Numbered from the stretch's first letter, positions 40,095-49,826 are shown. The stretch: 64,000 nt of DNA from an uncultured Nitrospiraceae bacterium (GCA_963727805.1 CAVSHF010000003.1:1088001-1152000); one strand, 5' to 3'. Notes: a model not told the origin generated them from the sequence alone. Made by a program: numbers and translations.

Positions 40095-40216
40095 TTATTT
40101 CAGTAATCATTGATTTTGCGCGACAGCTGGCGCTAGAGATTATCAGTAGGAACTTTTTGGGGCAGATCATAGTGGAATGCCGTTTTGCCTAAACGTGAGT
40201 CAACTGGCCATGCAGA

Positions 40217-41248
40217 TCAACAGTAGATGCTAGCGATCTCTCCTATTATTCTTCTGAGCACATTTTTTGTTTTATCGTATGTTCTCAACTTTTTCCCGCT
40301 ATATTCATCCATGTAGAGCTTTCGGTTAACTTCCACCATTACAGACGATACCCTCTTGTCCTTTTCAAAGTGTCTGAGTGGAACGTAAGTTCCTGAGTAC
40401 GGTTTGTTAAGTTTGACGGAGAATCCTGCAGATTTACAGCATTCCTCTGCTTTCTTAACCAGTGAGGGCGGCGTATGGAAGGAATCAGTTCCGATGCATA
40501 TGTCAGGTCTGTTCGGGTCTTGATCTAATTCAAAAGGCAATGGGACAGATGAAAACGAGTGACAGTCAACAATCAGGCATCTTTCATATGTTTCCAGTAA
40601 TTTCTCCACTTCATCCCCCATTGACTGATGATAAGGAAAGTAATATTTATCAAGGAGTTCCTTTCTCTGTACGCTACCCATTTCCTCTCTCAAAGATTGC
40701 CCGTCGGATGTTTTCACATAGATTACGCCCATCCCCTTCTTGGACATAGGCTCGTCTCTATCATCAGGGAACCGTTCCGGATCAACAACCATTCGGCTTT
40801 GTCTGCAAACAAAAGCAATACCTCCCAACACATCTGCGTTAAGGAAAAGATCATCAGTGTACCTGTCGGTTAATAGAAGCAACTCCTTTTGGATCGCTTC
40901 ATTGCTTATCAATAATGATTTTCTGATTTCATCCGGAATCGCCGTTGAGCTATGGGGTACGTGGATAAGGAGAGGGATTTTGACACTCCTCTTTAGAATT
41001 TCAAAATTACCTTTTTTTAGTACCCTATTCAGCTGTTCGATCCTCTTTGTTTGATCATACCGCTCATCGCCAGTTTCTTCTCCCATCATCCAGAGGTGGA
41101 GTTTCGTATATTTTTCGTAGTCCTCTTCCGTCCATGTCTGCATTGAGTTCAGATACCATTCCGCCCGCTTGCGGTCCATGCCGTACGACATGAGTCTCTG
41201 GAGATAGGATTCATCTTCTTCCGTATACTTCCGTTCTTCGTTTTTCAT
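40217..41248 (-). CDS. N-formylglutamate amidohydrolase family protein with N-terminal extension
   Basis: HVPHSS, TDRYTD, SRMVVDPERF, DCHSF, RPDICIG, EVNRKLY. Confidence 0.85.
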   Translation of the reverse strand: MKNEERKYTEEDESYLQRLMSYGMDRKRAEWYLNSMQTWTEEDYEKYTKLHLWMMGEETGDERYDQTKRIEQLNRVLKKGNFEILKRSVKIPLLIHVPHSSTAIPDEIRKSLLISNEAIQKELLLLTDRYTDDLFLNADVLGGIAFVCRQSRMVVDPERFPDDRDEPMSKKGMGVIYVKTSDGQSLREEMGSVQRKELLDKYYFPYHQSMGDEVEKLLETYERCLIVDCHSFSSVPLPFELDQDPNRPDICIGTDSFHTPPSLVKKAEECCKSAGFSVKLNKPYSGTYVPLRHFEKDKRVSSVMVEVNRKLYMDEYSGKKLRTYDKTKNVLRRIIGEIASIYC

Positions 41249-41426
41249 AGCGGTTTATCTTCCGTAATATCCTTTCCCAAATTGTCTGTTCATAAGAAGA
41301 ACCTTTCCCTTTTCCTCTTTATTACGCAGCCCATCTCCTTTACCCCTTGGGATACCGCATTGATATGCCTTTAGCTCTAATTTCACTATCTCAGCCCCTT
41401 TCTTTCTCACGCATACCCCTCAAGTT

Positions 41427-41876
41427 TTATTTCCATTTACCAACTTGCTTAAGTGTAATTCTTCTCCTTTTCCCATCACCGTCGAACACAAATCCATCTG
41501 CTAAGCCATCGCCCTCAAGGCTGTGCAGTATCATTTTGCCATCGAACTCAGAAAACTGCTTCAGCCATTCTGCTATTTCATCAAAGTTATACCATTTCGC
41601 GTCTTTCGCCGGAACAAATCCCTCACACTCCATATAGAAATCAGTGCCATCATCACTGGCCTTAAACTCCAAAAAGCCAGCTTGATTAATATCTATGCTA
41701 TCCAGAAAAAAGCGCATATCTTCATTAAAAAGAGTTTTATGATTTTTTAAAATACGCTTTAATTCAGAACGACGGCCTTTTCTTACTTTTATGCCATATA
41801 AATACATGCGTGTCCAGTAGCCCAATGTGCCCTCCTTTCGTTTGTCAATCTGTCCGTATCGTTTGTTGAGTTTCAC
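41427..41876 (-). CDS. hypothetical protein
   Basis: 149 aa ORF, protein-like composition; start uncertain. Confidence 0.5.
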   Translation of the reverse strand: MKLNKRYGQIDKRKEGTLGYWTRMYLYGIKVRKGRRSELKRILKNHKTLFNEDMRFFLDSIDINQAGFLEFKASDDGTDFYMECEGFVPAKDAKWYNFDEIAEWLKQFSEFDGKMILHSLEGDGLADGFVFDGDGKRRRITLKQVGKWK

Positions 41877-42052
41877 CGCCTTCCGCGGTTCTCATGAAGG
41901 CACCATTGTTGATTCCACACATGCGAAATTAAGTCGACACATTCCATTTAAACATTGAATATCGATACAATCTGATTGTATGATGCTATAATTGCTTTTA
42001 TAATATCCAGGCAACGATCTCATAGTCACTTTTACACACTATTTGGAGGAGA

Positions 42053-42637
42053 GTGAATACATTAACTGCTAACATTCAGCGTCCATGGTTGGCCCGAATT
42101 CTAGACGGCTCAAAGAAAATCGAATATCGTGACTCATCTGAATATTGGATGAATCGGCTTGATCGCGTAGGTCCACCCCCTTTCCAACTTCGTCTCATCA
42201 ACGGAATGAAAGCCGATTCCCCCGAGGCAACAATTCTGGTTAAAAAGGTTGACATCGATTTCTTAAGTGGATCAATACGCTTTCATCTCGGAAAGGTGCT
42301 TTCAAAACTGCGCTGGGATTCCACTTGGCATGCAAAGTACCCTCCCACCCCTCCCAATGCACGTTTCGATCCGAAGAATCTAGATAAGCAGTCTCCAAAG
42401 CGCTCTAGGATCAGACTTAAAGTACCTCGGGAGGTATACGAGAACACTCGAATGTCTGGTATTCATCACTTCGACTTGCCGGTAGACGTTGCAACTCGTG
42501 AACGCCTCCGGAAGCAGGGGCCAGTCCCATTCATGCTTAAGCTCTTATACGGCGATTTCTCTGTTGAAGTAGTCGCTTATGAACTCTTCGGCGAATATTT
42601 CGGTGATCAAGTGGAATTCGCTGTTCTAACTTTGTAG
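42053..42637 (+). CDS. ASCH domain protein
   Basis: IQRPWLARILDGSKKIEYR (GxKxxExR motif); GGAG RBS. Confidence 0.7.
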   Translation: MNTLTANIQRPWLARILDGSKKIEYRDSSEYWMNRLDRVGPPPFQLRLINGMKADSPEATILVKKVDIDFLSGSIRFHLGKVLSKLRWDSTWHAKYPPTPPNARFDPKNLDKQSPKRSRIRLKVPREVYENTRMSGIHHFDLPVDVATRERLRKQGPVPFMLKLLYGDFSVEVVAYELFGEYFGDQVEFAVLTL

Positions 42638-43097
42638 TCAAAAGGCCTGCTCTCAACGTCTTAGACCTAGTGCGCATAGTCTCTCTATACGGCGTCTATT
42701 GATAATTCGATTTATACCGCTTGGAAGTGGTCTGCGAAGTCTTTATTTTGGCATCTTGCACAGGATGCGTTCACTCCAACTCTCGGTTAGGGAACATCGC
42801 ATTTCTCAGGCGTCCAGATCAAGGCTTGTTACACGGGACACCCGAGGAAGAGCCCACGATAGATTGTTTTCGGTAATTATCAAATTTCTGGCACAGTCCG
42901 TGTTGATTGTTTTTCAGTAGCAGTTGCCATCCGCCCCGAGAATAATCGATACCTGCTGTCATGCTATCTCTTTCCCCGCATAATTGCATGTATGAGCTCG
43001 TCCAGTAGCTGCATAAAGCGTGACAATGATCACAATATTTATGCAGTATCCCCTATACTGCCCTGCTCCGAAAAGGACAGTATAGGAGATTTCCCCC

Positions 43098-43393
43098 CTA
43101 TTTAAAGAGGCCTTCCGCGTTCTCTAAGATAAAGGTTTTCGTGTCGCTTAGAATACTGTTGAGTGCATCAGCCCGATGTTCCTTCGGCAGCAACGCTAGA
43201 AGGTAGATCACACTAGAGCACGCCTGTGACCTTGCACAGTTAGCCAGGTCAAGCCCTTTTCCAGCTCAGCCGGCCCATTCATTACCTTTTCAAAATAGCT
43301 TGCATACTGATTCCACCAGTAAAGGGCCTCGTTAAGAGCCTCAATCCCTATTCTTGCTTCCTTCTCATGTACTGTTCTGTTCGTGTCTGACAT
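43098..43393 (-). pseudogene. frameshifted hypothetical protein
   Basis: GGAGG RBS + MSDTNR...; reading appears to continue in a shifted frame as IYLLALLPKEHRADALNSIL...LFK*. Confidence 0.35.
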
Positions 43394-43717
43394 TGATACC
43401 TCCATTTGTGAGTTTTAATAGTCCTGCAATATATGGATAATACCCACGCAAACGAAGTTTGAAGCAAAAAAATGGTTTTAAGTTGGAGTTATCAAAGTGA
43501 CATGTACAACGTATTGTCCTTATATTTATTGAGAGGATAAATATAGGTGAATTTTGCTGTTACGGTCATCGACGTGTGAATAAATGATTTCTTTTAGGGT
43601 ATAACGGCTAATATTCTGTCGTAAAAGTGACATCATCTTATCCCAGTATCTGCCGTTTTGACGTCAATTTGATTACAAATTATGATAAGATGTTGTATTC
43701 AACGAGAGGATAACATA

Positions 43718-46700
43718 TTGCCAGACTTCGATTCATTTAAAGAAAATCTACTGAACCTGGTCGCAAAGTTCGAGAAGGACAGGGAACATTATTTATCAAA
43801 GGGCTATCCCGAGGCTCAGGTACGAATCGATTTCCTCAATCCCCTTTTTGATGCCCTTGGCTGGGACATCGAAAACAAGGCGCATAAGGCGCCGCACGAA
43901 AGAGATATCATCGTTGAGCTGTCGCCTGAAGCCACCGGGCGGCCGGATTACAACTTTCGCTTAAAGGGCGATACAAAGTTCTTTGTCGAAGCAAAAGCAC
44001 CCTCGGTTTCGCTGGACGATGTGAACCATGTCCTTCAGGCAAAGGCTTATGCCTGGTCAACGAAAACGGTCTATTTCGTAGTGCTGACCGACTTTGAGGA
44101 ATTCAAGCTCTTCGACGCCTCTTTAAGGCCAAGCCTCAGATTCCCCAGTGAAGGTCTGCTCTTTGATTTCAAATATACCGATTACCTCAGTAATGCCGAA
44201 GAGTTATGGAAACTCTCTAAAGAGAGCGTCGAGAATGGTTCATTGGAAGCACTTCTGCCTAAAGATACAAAGAGCAAACGTCTCAGGGTCCCGCCCGACA
44301 AATCCTTTCTCGAAGACCTTACCGCCTGGCGCACTGAGATTGCGAAGGATGTGCATAAGCGCAATCCGGGATTCGACGTAAAACTCCTGAACGATGTAGT
44401 CCAAAAACTGCTCGACCGCATCATATTCGTCCGGATCGCCGAAGACCGGAAAATCAGGCCCGACAGAGAACTGTGGGAGATCGTCGCGCAATGGAAAGAA
44501 GAAGGCAGGAGAAAGACGATAATGTCTCATCTTGTCGAGCTTTTCTGTGAAGTAAACGACGATCTGAACGGCGATATATTCAAGCCACACGCATGTGAGA
44601 CCGCGAATGTGGATTCCGACCTCCTGGCTGAGATCATCGAGAGTCTCTATTTTCCGAAGAGCAGATACCGTTTTGACGCCATCGGCGTAGAACTTCTCGG
44701 AAGCATCTATGAGCGCTATCTCGGCAGCACGATCCGCGTCACTCCTCAGAGAGTGAAGGTCGAGGAAAAGCCCGAAGTCAGGAAGGCCGGAGGCGTCTAT
44801 TACACGCCGAAATATATCGTCGATTACATTGTAAAAAACACGGTCGGTAAAATCATCGAAGGCAAGACACCGCGACAGATAGAAAAGATAAAGATTCTTG
44901 ATCCTGCCTGTGGTTCAGGATCGTTCCTCCTTGGCGCCTACCAATATCTGATCGATTATCATCTCAAATACTATCGCAATCATCCCAAAGAGGCACAAAC
45001 GCTCCACCTCTTTCCTTACTGGAAAATATCACCTGAAGAATTGAGTCTTCCGCTCCACGAGAAGGCAAATTTCCTGAGGAACAATATCTTCGGCTGTGAC
45101 ATAGACCCTCAGGCGGTCGAGATAACGATGATGAGCCTTTATCTGAAGGCGCTGGAAGGAGAGCGTAGCCTGCTGCCCAAGAAGCAGCACCTGCTTCCTT
45201 CACTCGGAGACAATATCAAATGCGGCAACAGCCTAATAGGATACGACATCATGGACGGGCAGCTGTTCGATGATGATACAAAGAGCCGGATTAATTTCTT
45301 TGACTGGGATTCAAAATCCACCGGATTCGGTGAGATAACGGCAAACGGCGGCTTTGATGTGGTGATAGGAAACCCTCCGTATGTGAGAATACAAGCGATG
45401 AAGGAATGGGCGCCCGTCGAAGTTGAGTTCTACAAGCATAAATATGTCTCAGCTAGCAAAGGTAATTATGACATCTATGTGGTGTTCGTAGAGAAAGGAC
45501 TGAGTCTATTAAACAATCGTGGACGGATGGGATTTATTCTGCCGCACAAGTTCTTTAACGCGCAGTATGGAAAACCCGTGCGAGAGTTGCTGGCCAAAGG
45601 GAATCATCTTTCACATATCGTCCATTTCGGCCATCAACAGGTATTTGAAGGGGCAACAACATATACATGCTTGATGTTCTTGAACAAAGAGGGCGATAAA
45701 AGTTGCTTAGTTGAGAAAGTTGATAACCTCGTGGAATGGCAGGAATCAGGACGATCAGTCACAGGCAAGATTGCGGCAAACAAAATAAATGGGACTGAAT
45801 GGAATTTCACGGTGGGTGCTGCTGCCTCATTATATGAGCGTTTAGCAAATATGCCTGTAAAGCTGGGGGATATCGCTCATATTTTTGTTGGCACGCAGAC
45901 TAGCGCTGACGATGTTTTTGTTTTGGATCACTGCAGGATCGACGACCAATATATCATAGGCATGTCGAAAGCACTCGACAAGCAAGTCAAGGTCGAGGTT
46001 TCAAGTACGCGACATTTTCTTCGCGGGCGACAGATACGTAGATATGAGCCGCCTCAGACAAGCTCATATGTAATTTGTCCATATGAAATATCGTCAAATG
46101 AATTTCGCTTATTTACCTTGACGGAAATGGAAAAGAAATTTCCATTGACGCTTGCTTATTTGAGAGAAAATAGGGCGGCTTTGTCAGCACGGGAAAAGGG
46201 AAGGTTGAAGGGGGCAGCTTGGCACGCCTTTGGCTATCCCAAGAGCATGACATTGTTTCAAAAGCCAAAAATTATTGTACCTGATTATAACAATGTAGCC
46301 GCATTCACTTTTGATCCAGATGGGCACTATTATAAAACCGGCTACGGAGTCATCGTTGAAGATGATAATTTGTCACCGTTATTTATTCTCGGACTGCTTA
46401 ATTCATCTTTACTGTTCAAGTATCTCCTTTCTATAGGTACTTCGCTACGAGGTGGATATGTCCGTTTTTGGACACAATTTATCGAACAGCTGCCTATTCG
46501 TTCTATTGACTTCAACAACCCATTAGAGAAGGCTGTCCATAACAAACTTGTTGATCACGTCGAACATATGCTCGCAATGCACAAGAAGAAGTCGGCACTT
46601 CCGCCCTCTGCTGAGCGCGAAAAGATCGAGCGGGAGATTGCGATTACGGACGAAAAAATAGACGACATCGTTTATGATCTTTATGGGATAACGGATGAGG

Positions 46701-46732
46701 AGAAAATAATTATTGAAAGAAACGGATTTTGA
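43718..46732 (+). CDS. Type IIG/IIL fused restriction endonuclease-adenine methyltransferase (Eco57I/TaqI_C-like)
   Basis: N-terminal RPDY...VEAK nuclease, ILDPACGSGSFL motif I, GNPPY motif IV, C-terminal TRD; TTG start behind GAGAGG. Confidence 0.9.
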   Translation: MPDFDSFKENLLNLVAKFEKDREHYLSKGYPEAQVRIDFLNPLFDALGWDIENKAHKAPHERDIIVELSPEATGRPDYNFRLKGDTKFFVEAKAPSVSLDDVNHVLQAKAYAWSTKTVYFVVLTDFEEFKLFDASLRPSLRFPSEGLLFDFKYTDYLSNAEELWKLSKESVENGSLEALLPKDTKSKRLRVPPDKSFLEDLTAWRTEIAKDVHKRNPGFDVKLLNDVVQKLLDRIIFVRIAEDRKIRPDRELWEIVAQWKEEGRRKTIMSHLVELFCEVNDDLNGDIFKPHACETANVDSDLLAEIIESLYFPKSRYRFDAIGVELLGSIYERYLGSTIRVTPQRVKVEEKPEVRKAGGVYYTPKYIVDYIVKNTVGKIIEGKTPRQIEKIKILDPACGSGSFLLGAYQYLIDYHLKYYRNHPKEAQTLHLFPYWKISPEELSLPLHEKANFLRNNIFGCDIDPQAVEITMMSLYLKALEGERSLLPKKQHLLPSLGDNIKCGNSLIGYDIMDGQLFDDDTKSRINFFDWDSKSTGFGEITANGGFDVVIGNPPYVRIQAMKEWAPVEVEFYKHKYVSASKGNYDIYVVFVEKGLSLLNNRGRMGFILPHKFFNAQYGKPVRELLAKGNHLSHIVHFGHQQVFEGATTYTCLMFLNKEGDKSCLVEKVDNLVEWQESGRSVTGKIAANKINGTEWNFTVGAAASLYERLANMPVKLGDIAHIFVGTQTSADDVFVLDHCRIDDQYIIGMSKALDKQVKVEVSSTRHFLRGRQIRRYEPPQTSSYVICPYEISSNEFRLFTLTEMEKKFPLTLAYLRENRAALSAREKGRLKGAAWHAFGYPKSMTLFQKPKIIVPDYNNVAAFTFDPDGHYYKTGYGVIVEDDNLSPLFILGLLNSSLLFKYLLSIGTSLRGGYVRFWTQFIEQLPIRSIDFNNPLEKAVHNKLVDHVEHMLAMHKKKSALPPSAEREKIEREIAITDEKIDDIVYDLYGITDEEKIIIERNGF

Positions 46733-46767
46733 TAGAGCCTTAAATACAATGGGAGATCCTAACAGAT

Positions 46768-47835
46768 ATGAACAGTGAGACCTATTCTGATCAATTCAGA
46801 ATCAGGCTTGGCGATGAAACTCTGAAGAAACAGCGAATTTACCTGGACACAAAATATTGGATTTTCATACGAGATGCCTCTGCTGGCACAGCAACACCAG
46901 TGCAAATACAAATCTATAGAAAGCTAACAGATTTAGTGAAAGAAGGAATTATTCTCTGTCCATTAAGCCCCCATATTTTCGAGGAACTCATGAAAGTGGG
47001 TGATAAAGAAAAAAGGCTTCGTATGGCCCACGTAATGGATGAACTTAGCCAACAAATCAGTTTCATATCACCACTGAATATCGTCGGACAAGAACTTCTT
47101 AATTTTGTACGTAACTGTGAGGCCAAGGCTGGTGGACATTCTTATTTCAATACAACAAAATATATATTTACAAAAGTAGCTTTTGCTTTAGGGGAGCTAT
47201 ATCCCCTTATCGAGGGAATTCCTGACGAGCAGTTGAATGACATTAGAATTAGCTTTTTTGATCGCCTTTCGAAGTGCACATTGGTGGAAATGATAGAAAC
47301 TATAAAGGAGCCTTTTCCTCGAAGAAAGTCTGAACCTCTAATTTCTCAATTAAATAAGGGGAAGGACGATAATCAGAATTGGAAATCATTTCACGAAGTG
47401 TTCATGCATGAAATAGCTGGGATATTGGACGTTGTAAGGGATGATATCGAAAACCTTTGGCGCTACCTGTATACAAATGACCATGGCGGTTCGATTAAGA
47501 CGGAAGAGGTGCGCCAAACAGAGAGTGTAAAATTGTTATCAAACCGAATTTATCAGGCTTTTGATCAACATCAGATTGATAAAGAACTGCCATATTTTCA
47601 TATAACAGCATCTCTCTATGCATATCTGAGGCACAATAAAGGTCAGCGATTTAAGGAAAATGATCTTATCGACTTTTCTCATGTAGCATGGGCACTTCCT
47701 TATTGCAATAGTTTTTTTACTGAAAAGCCATTGCATGATTGGTTATGTAATAAACCATTAAGGCTGAATGAAGCATACGGGACAAAAGTGCTTTGGCAAG
47801 AAGAAGATGTCTTGGATGCTTTGAGTGCATTGTAA
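46768..47835 (+). CDS. hypothetical protein, PIN-like fold suspected
   Basis: IYLDTKYW, HIFEEL, NDLIDFSH..ALPYC..FFTE acidic pattern. Confidence 0.6.
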   Translation: MNSETYSDQFRIRLGDETLKKQRIYLDTKYWIFIRDASAGTATPVQIQIYRKLTDLVKEGIILCPLSPHIFEELMKVGDKEKRLRMAHVMDELSQQISFISPLNIVGQELLNFVRNCEAKAGGHSYFNTTKYIFTKVAFALGELYPLIEGIPDEQLNDIRISFFDRLSKCTLVEMIETIKEPFPRRKSEPLISQLNKGKDDNQNWKSFHEVFMHEIAGILDVVRDDIENLWRYLYTNDHGGSIKTEEVRQTESVKLLSNRIYQAFDQHQIDKELPYFHITASLYAYLRHNKGQRFKENDLIDFSHVAWALPYCNSFFTEKPLHDWLCNKPLRLNEAYGTKVLWQEEDVLDALSAL

Positions 47836-47888
47836 GCTGCCGTTTATTTGCTCCGCCTAATTAATATTGTTTGATAAGGAGTAATCAA

Positions 47889-48311
47889 ATGACAATGCTT
47901 GTGGATTCGAGTAAAAAGCCAGATGTAGGGGAACACGGCCTTATATGCTGGGCGACTGCTGTGCTGATTCTGGCAGATGCCACAGACGCTAAATTCGCAG
48001 ACACAATAATATTGTGTGCATCAGATATATTGAGCAAATCCCTTACAACTCGTGATCGCAATGAAGTTGTCACATCACTTTCCCGTAATCGCTCCATAAA
48101 ACTAAAGAATATAAAACTGCATCTGCCGAACAGTTCATTTTATCGCATAACAGCCAAAAGGCGAGCCCCGCAATCAAAAAAATATTCTAAGCGAATGGCA
48201 GAGGCTCTGAAAATGCTAGCTCAAGGTTATAGTTACAATGAGACGAGTAAAGCAACCCATATTCCGGCGGGAACGTTGAGATCTCGCCAGTCGCGTCTTA
48301 GCAAAAAATAG
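47889..48311 (+). CDS. hypothetical protein with C-terminal HTH
   Basis: AAGGAG RBS; QGYSYNETSKATHIPAGTLRSR sigma-region-4-like HTH. Confidence 0.5.
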   Translation: MTMLVDSSKKPDVGEHGLICWATAVLILADATDAKFADTIILCASDILSKSLTTRDRNEVVTSLSRNRSIKLKNIKLHLPNSSFYRITAKRRAPQSKKYSKRMAEALKMLAQGYSYNETSKATHIPAGTLRSRQSRLSKK

Positions 48312-48579
48312 GCCGGTACGAACCTGACCTGAACCGCATATATCTGAGTTTGTCGCAGCACCACTGGACCGCTATTATCCCTGCACGTACATACAAATCG
48401 AAAGAGTAGGCCCCGGTCGAGGCCGGAGTGCTGCTGGTCACCAGAAGGATCATTGCGGCATTGCGGCATCACACGTTTTTCAGGATCGAAGAACTCAATG
48501 CCAGAATCGAAGAACTAACGACCACGTTGTTAACAGCCACCAGTTCCGAATAGCTATCAGTATTGTTACCGCTACCTAT

Positions 48580-48700
48580 TTACCACTTATCACAAGTTCA
48601 TCGGCGGTATGGGTCAAGGCAAAGGGTGATGTGAGTTCGATTTGAAAGCGTTTCTGCAGGGACAAGACGAGTAGTATGAGGTATATACACATAGGCCATT
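48580..48700 (+). pseudogene. heavily decayed tyrosine integrase C-terminus (putative)
   Basis: SAVWVKAKGDVSSI*KRFCRDKTSSMRYIH resembles box II ..GxDxxxIxxxLGHxxxxxTMRYxH; next to the tRNA att site. Confidence 0.35.
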
Positions 48701-48778
48701 TAACAAAGCATGCGGAACACGCTATGCATTATCCTCAGAAATGAGTTCGCCCTACGACAGGGCGCAAAAAATAATAAA

Positions 48779-48815
48779 GGTGGCACAGGATTTCCCATGC
48801 CACCTTCATGCCACC
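48779..48815. repeat. arm-type integrase binding repeats (putative)
   Basis: GGTGGCA inverted plus CATGCCACC x2 (48796, 48807; 11-bp period). Confidence 0.5.
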
Positions 48816-48865
48816 CTTTTGGGCGGGATCGCACCTTAAAACAAACTGAATTTTAAGGCTTTAAT

Positions 48866-48943
48866 TGGTCGGGGCGATCCGATTTGAACGGACGGCCTCT
48901 CGCACCCCAAGCGAGTGCGCTAGCCAGGCTGCGCTACGCCCCG
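48866..48943 (-). tRNA. tRNA-Pro(GGG)
   Basis: CGGGGCG acceptor stem, anticodon arm CTCGC-TTGGGGT-GCGAG, GTTCAAATC T-loop, encoded CCA. Confidence 0.96.
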
Positions 48944-48944
48944 A

Positions 48945-49331
48945 TTATGCTAAGGTCTCAAGCAGATGCCTGAGCCTTGTCTTTACCATAGCGAGGATCT
49001 TGTCCCTGGTGGGTTCCTGTTCGGGCATCTCCTCCGCCGCGGCTTCCATCTCCTGCTCGGGAAGCATCCCGCCCAGCTTCTTCCTTACTCCGTCGATCGT
49101 ATACCGTTCTTCATAGAGAAGCTTCTTGATAAGCAAAAGAAGATCGATGTCTTTTTTTGTATATATTCTCTGTCCCGATTTACTCTTCCTCGGGCTTAGA
49201 AATGGAAATTCCGACTCCCAGTATCTTAGCACATAGGATTCAACGCCGACCAGTCTGCTCGCCTCTCCTATTTTATAGAAAAGCTTTTCAGGGAAAAGTC
49301 TCAACACCTGCGGCTGAAAGGCTTCGTTCAT
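48945..49331 (-). CDS. MerR family regulator
   Basis: [22 protein letters not shown]; usual position between ihfA and tRNA-Pro. Confidence 0.9.
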   Translation of the reverse strand: MNEAFQPQVLRLFPEKLFYKIGEASRLVGVESYVLRYWESEFPFLSPRKSKSGQRIYTKKDIDLLLLIKKLLYEERYTIDGVRKKLGGMLPEQEMEAAAEEMPEQEPTRDKILAMVKTRLRHLLETLA

Positions 49332-49345
49332 GCTTGCTGGCGCCT

Positions 49346-49624
49346 CTATTTCTTCTCTATCGCCTCTTTGAGCTGATCGCTCGATTTGAAGGTCACTACT
49401 TTCCGGGGAGTTATTTCAACCTCTTCCTTGGTTTTAGGGTTCCTTCCGATCCTAGCACTCTTCTTTCTTACCGTAAAAGTCCCGAACCCCGATACTTTCA
49501 CAGATTCTCCCGCAACAAGGGTCTGTTTGAGAGTGTCGAATATAATTTCCACGATATCCTGCGTCTCGTTCTTCGGAAGCCCAACCTTTTCGAATAATAG
49601 GTTCACAATTTCAGCCTTTGTCAT
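49346..49624 (-). CDS. ihfA: integration host factor subunit alpha
   Basis: [23 protein letters not shown]; context. Confidence 0.88.
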   Translation of the reverse strand: MTKAEIVNLLFEKVGLPKNETQDIVEIIFDTLKQTLVAGESVKVSGFGTFTVRKKSARIGRNPKTKEEVEITPRKVVTFKSSDQLKEAIEKK

Positions 49625-49796
49625 AAACTCCCCCGATTGTTTCACTCAACACTTACTATTACGGATTAATCAGCCGTACCCTAAAGTAGATAATTTTATC
49701 CTACTTTGATAACTCCTTGCAAGTATTTTAAATTTCGCCAGCAATGTACTGTATTAGGAGGCCGCTCTCCCCGACTTTTGAAGCCACCCGCAACGT

Positions 49797-49826
49797 TTGA
49801 CTCCCACAAAGATTATCTGTTATTCT
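49797..49826 (+). promoter_or_regulatory. putative dksA promoter
   Basis: TTGACT-18 bp-TATTCT with TG extension. Confidence 0.45.

Noticed and set aside
43718..46732. BREX PglX or DISARM methylase
   Set aside because: It has its own N-terminal nuclease motif and no brx/pgl/drm partner genes nearby.
48485..48515. ATCGAAGAACT direct repeat
   Set aside because: Only two copies with no associated structure; uninformative.
48865..49116. 83-aa plus-strand ORF and similar antisense ORFs in the track (e.g. 26433-27005, 55372-55992)
   Set aside because: Shadows of the tRNA or of well-supported genes on the opposite strand.
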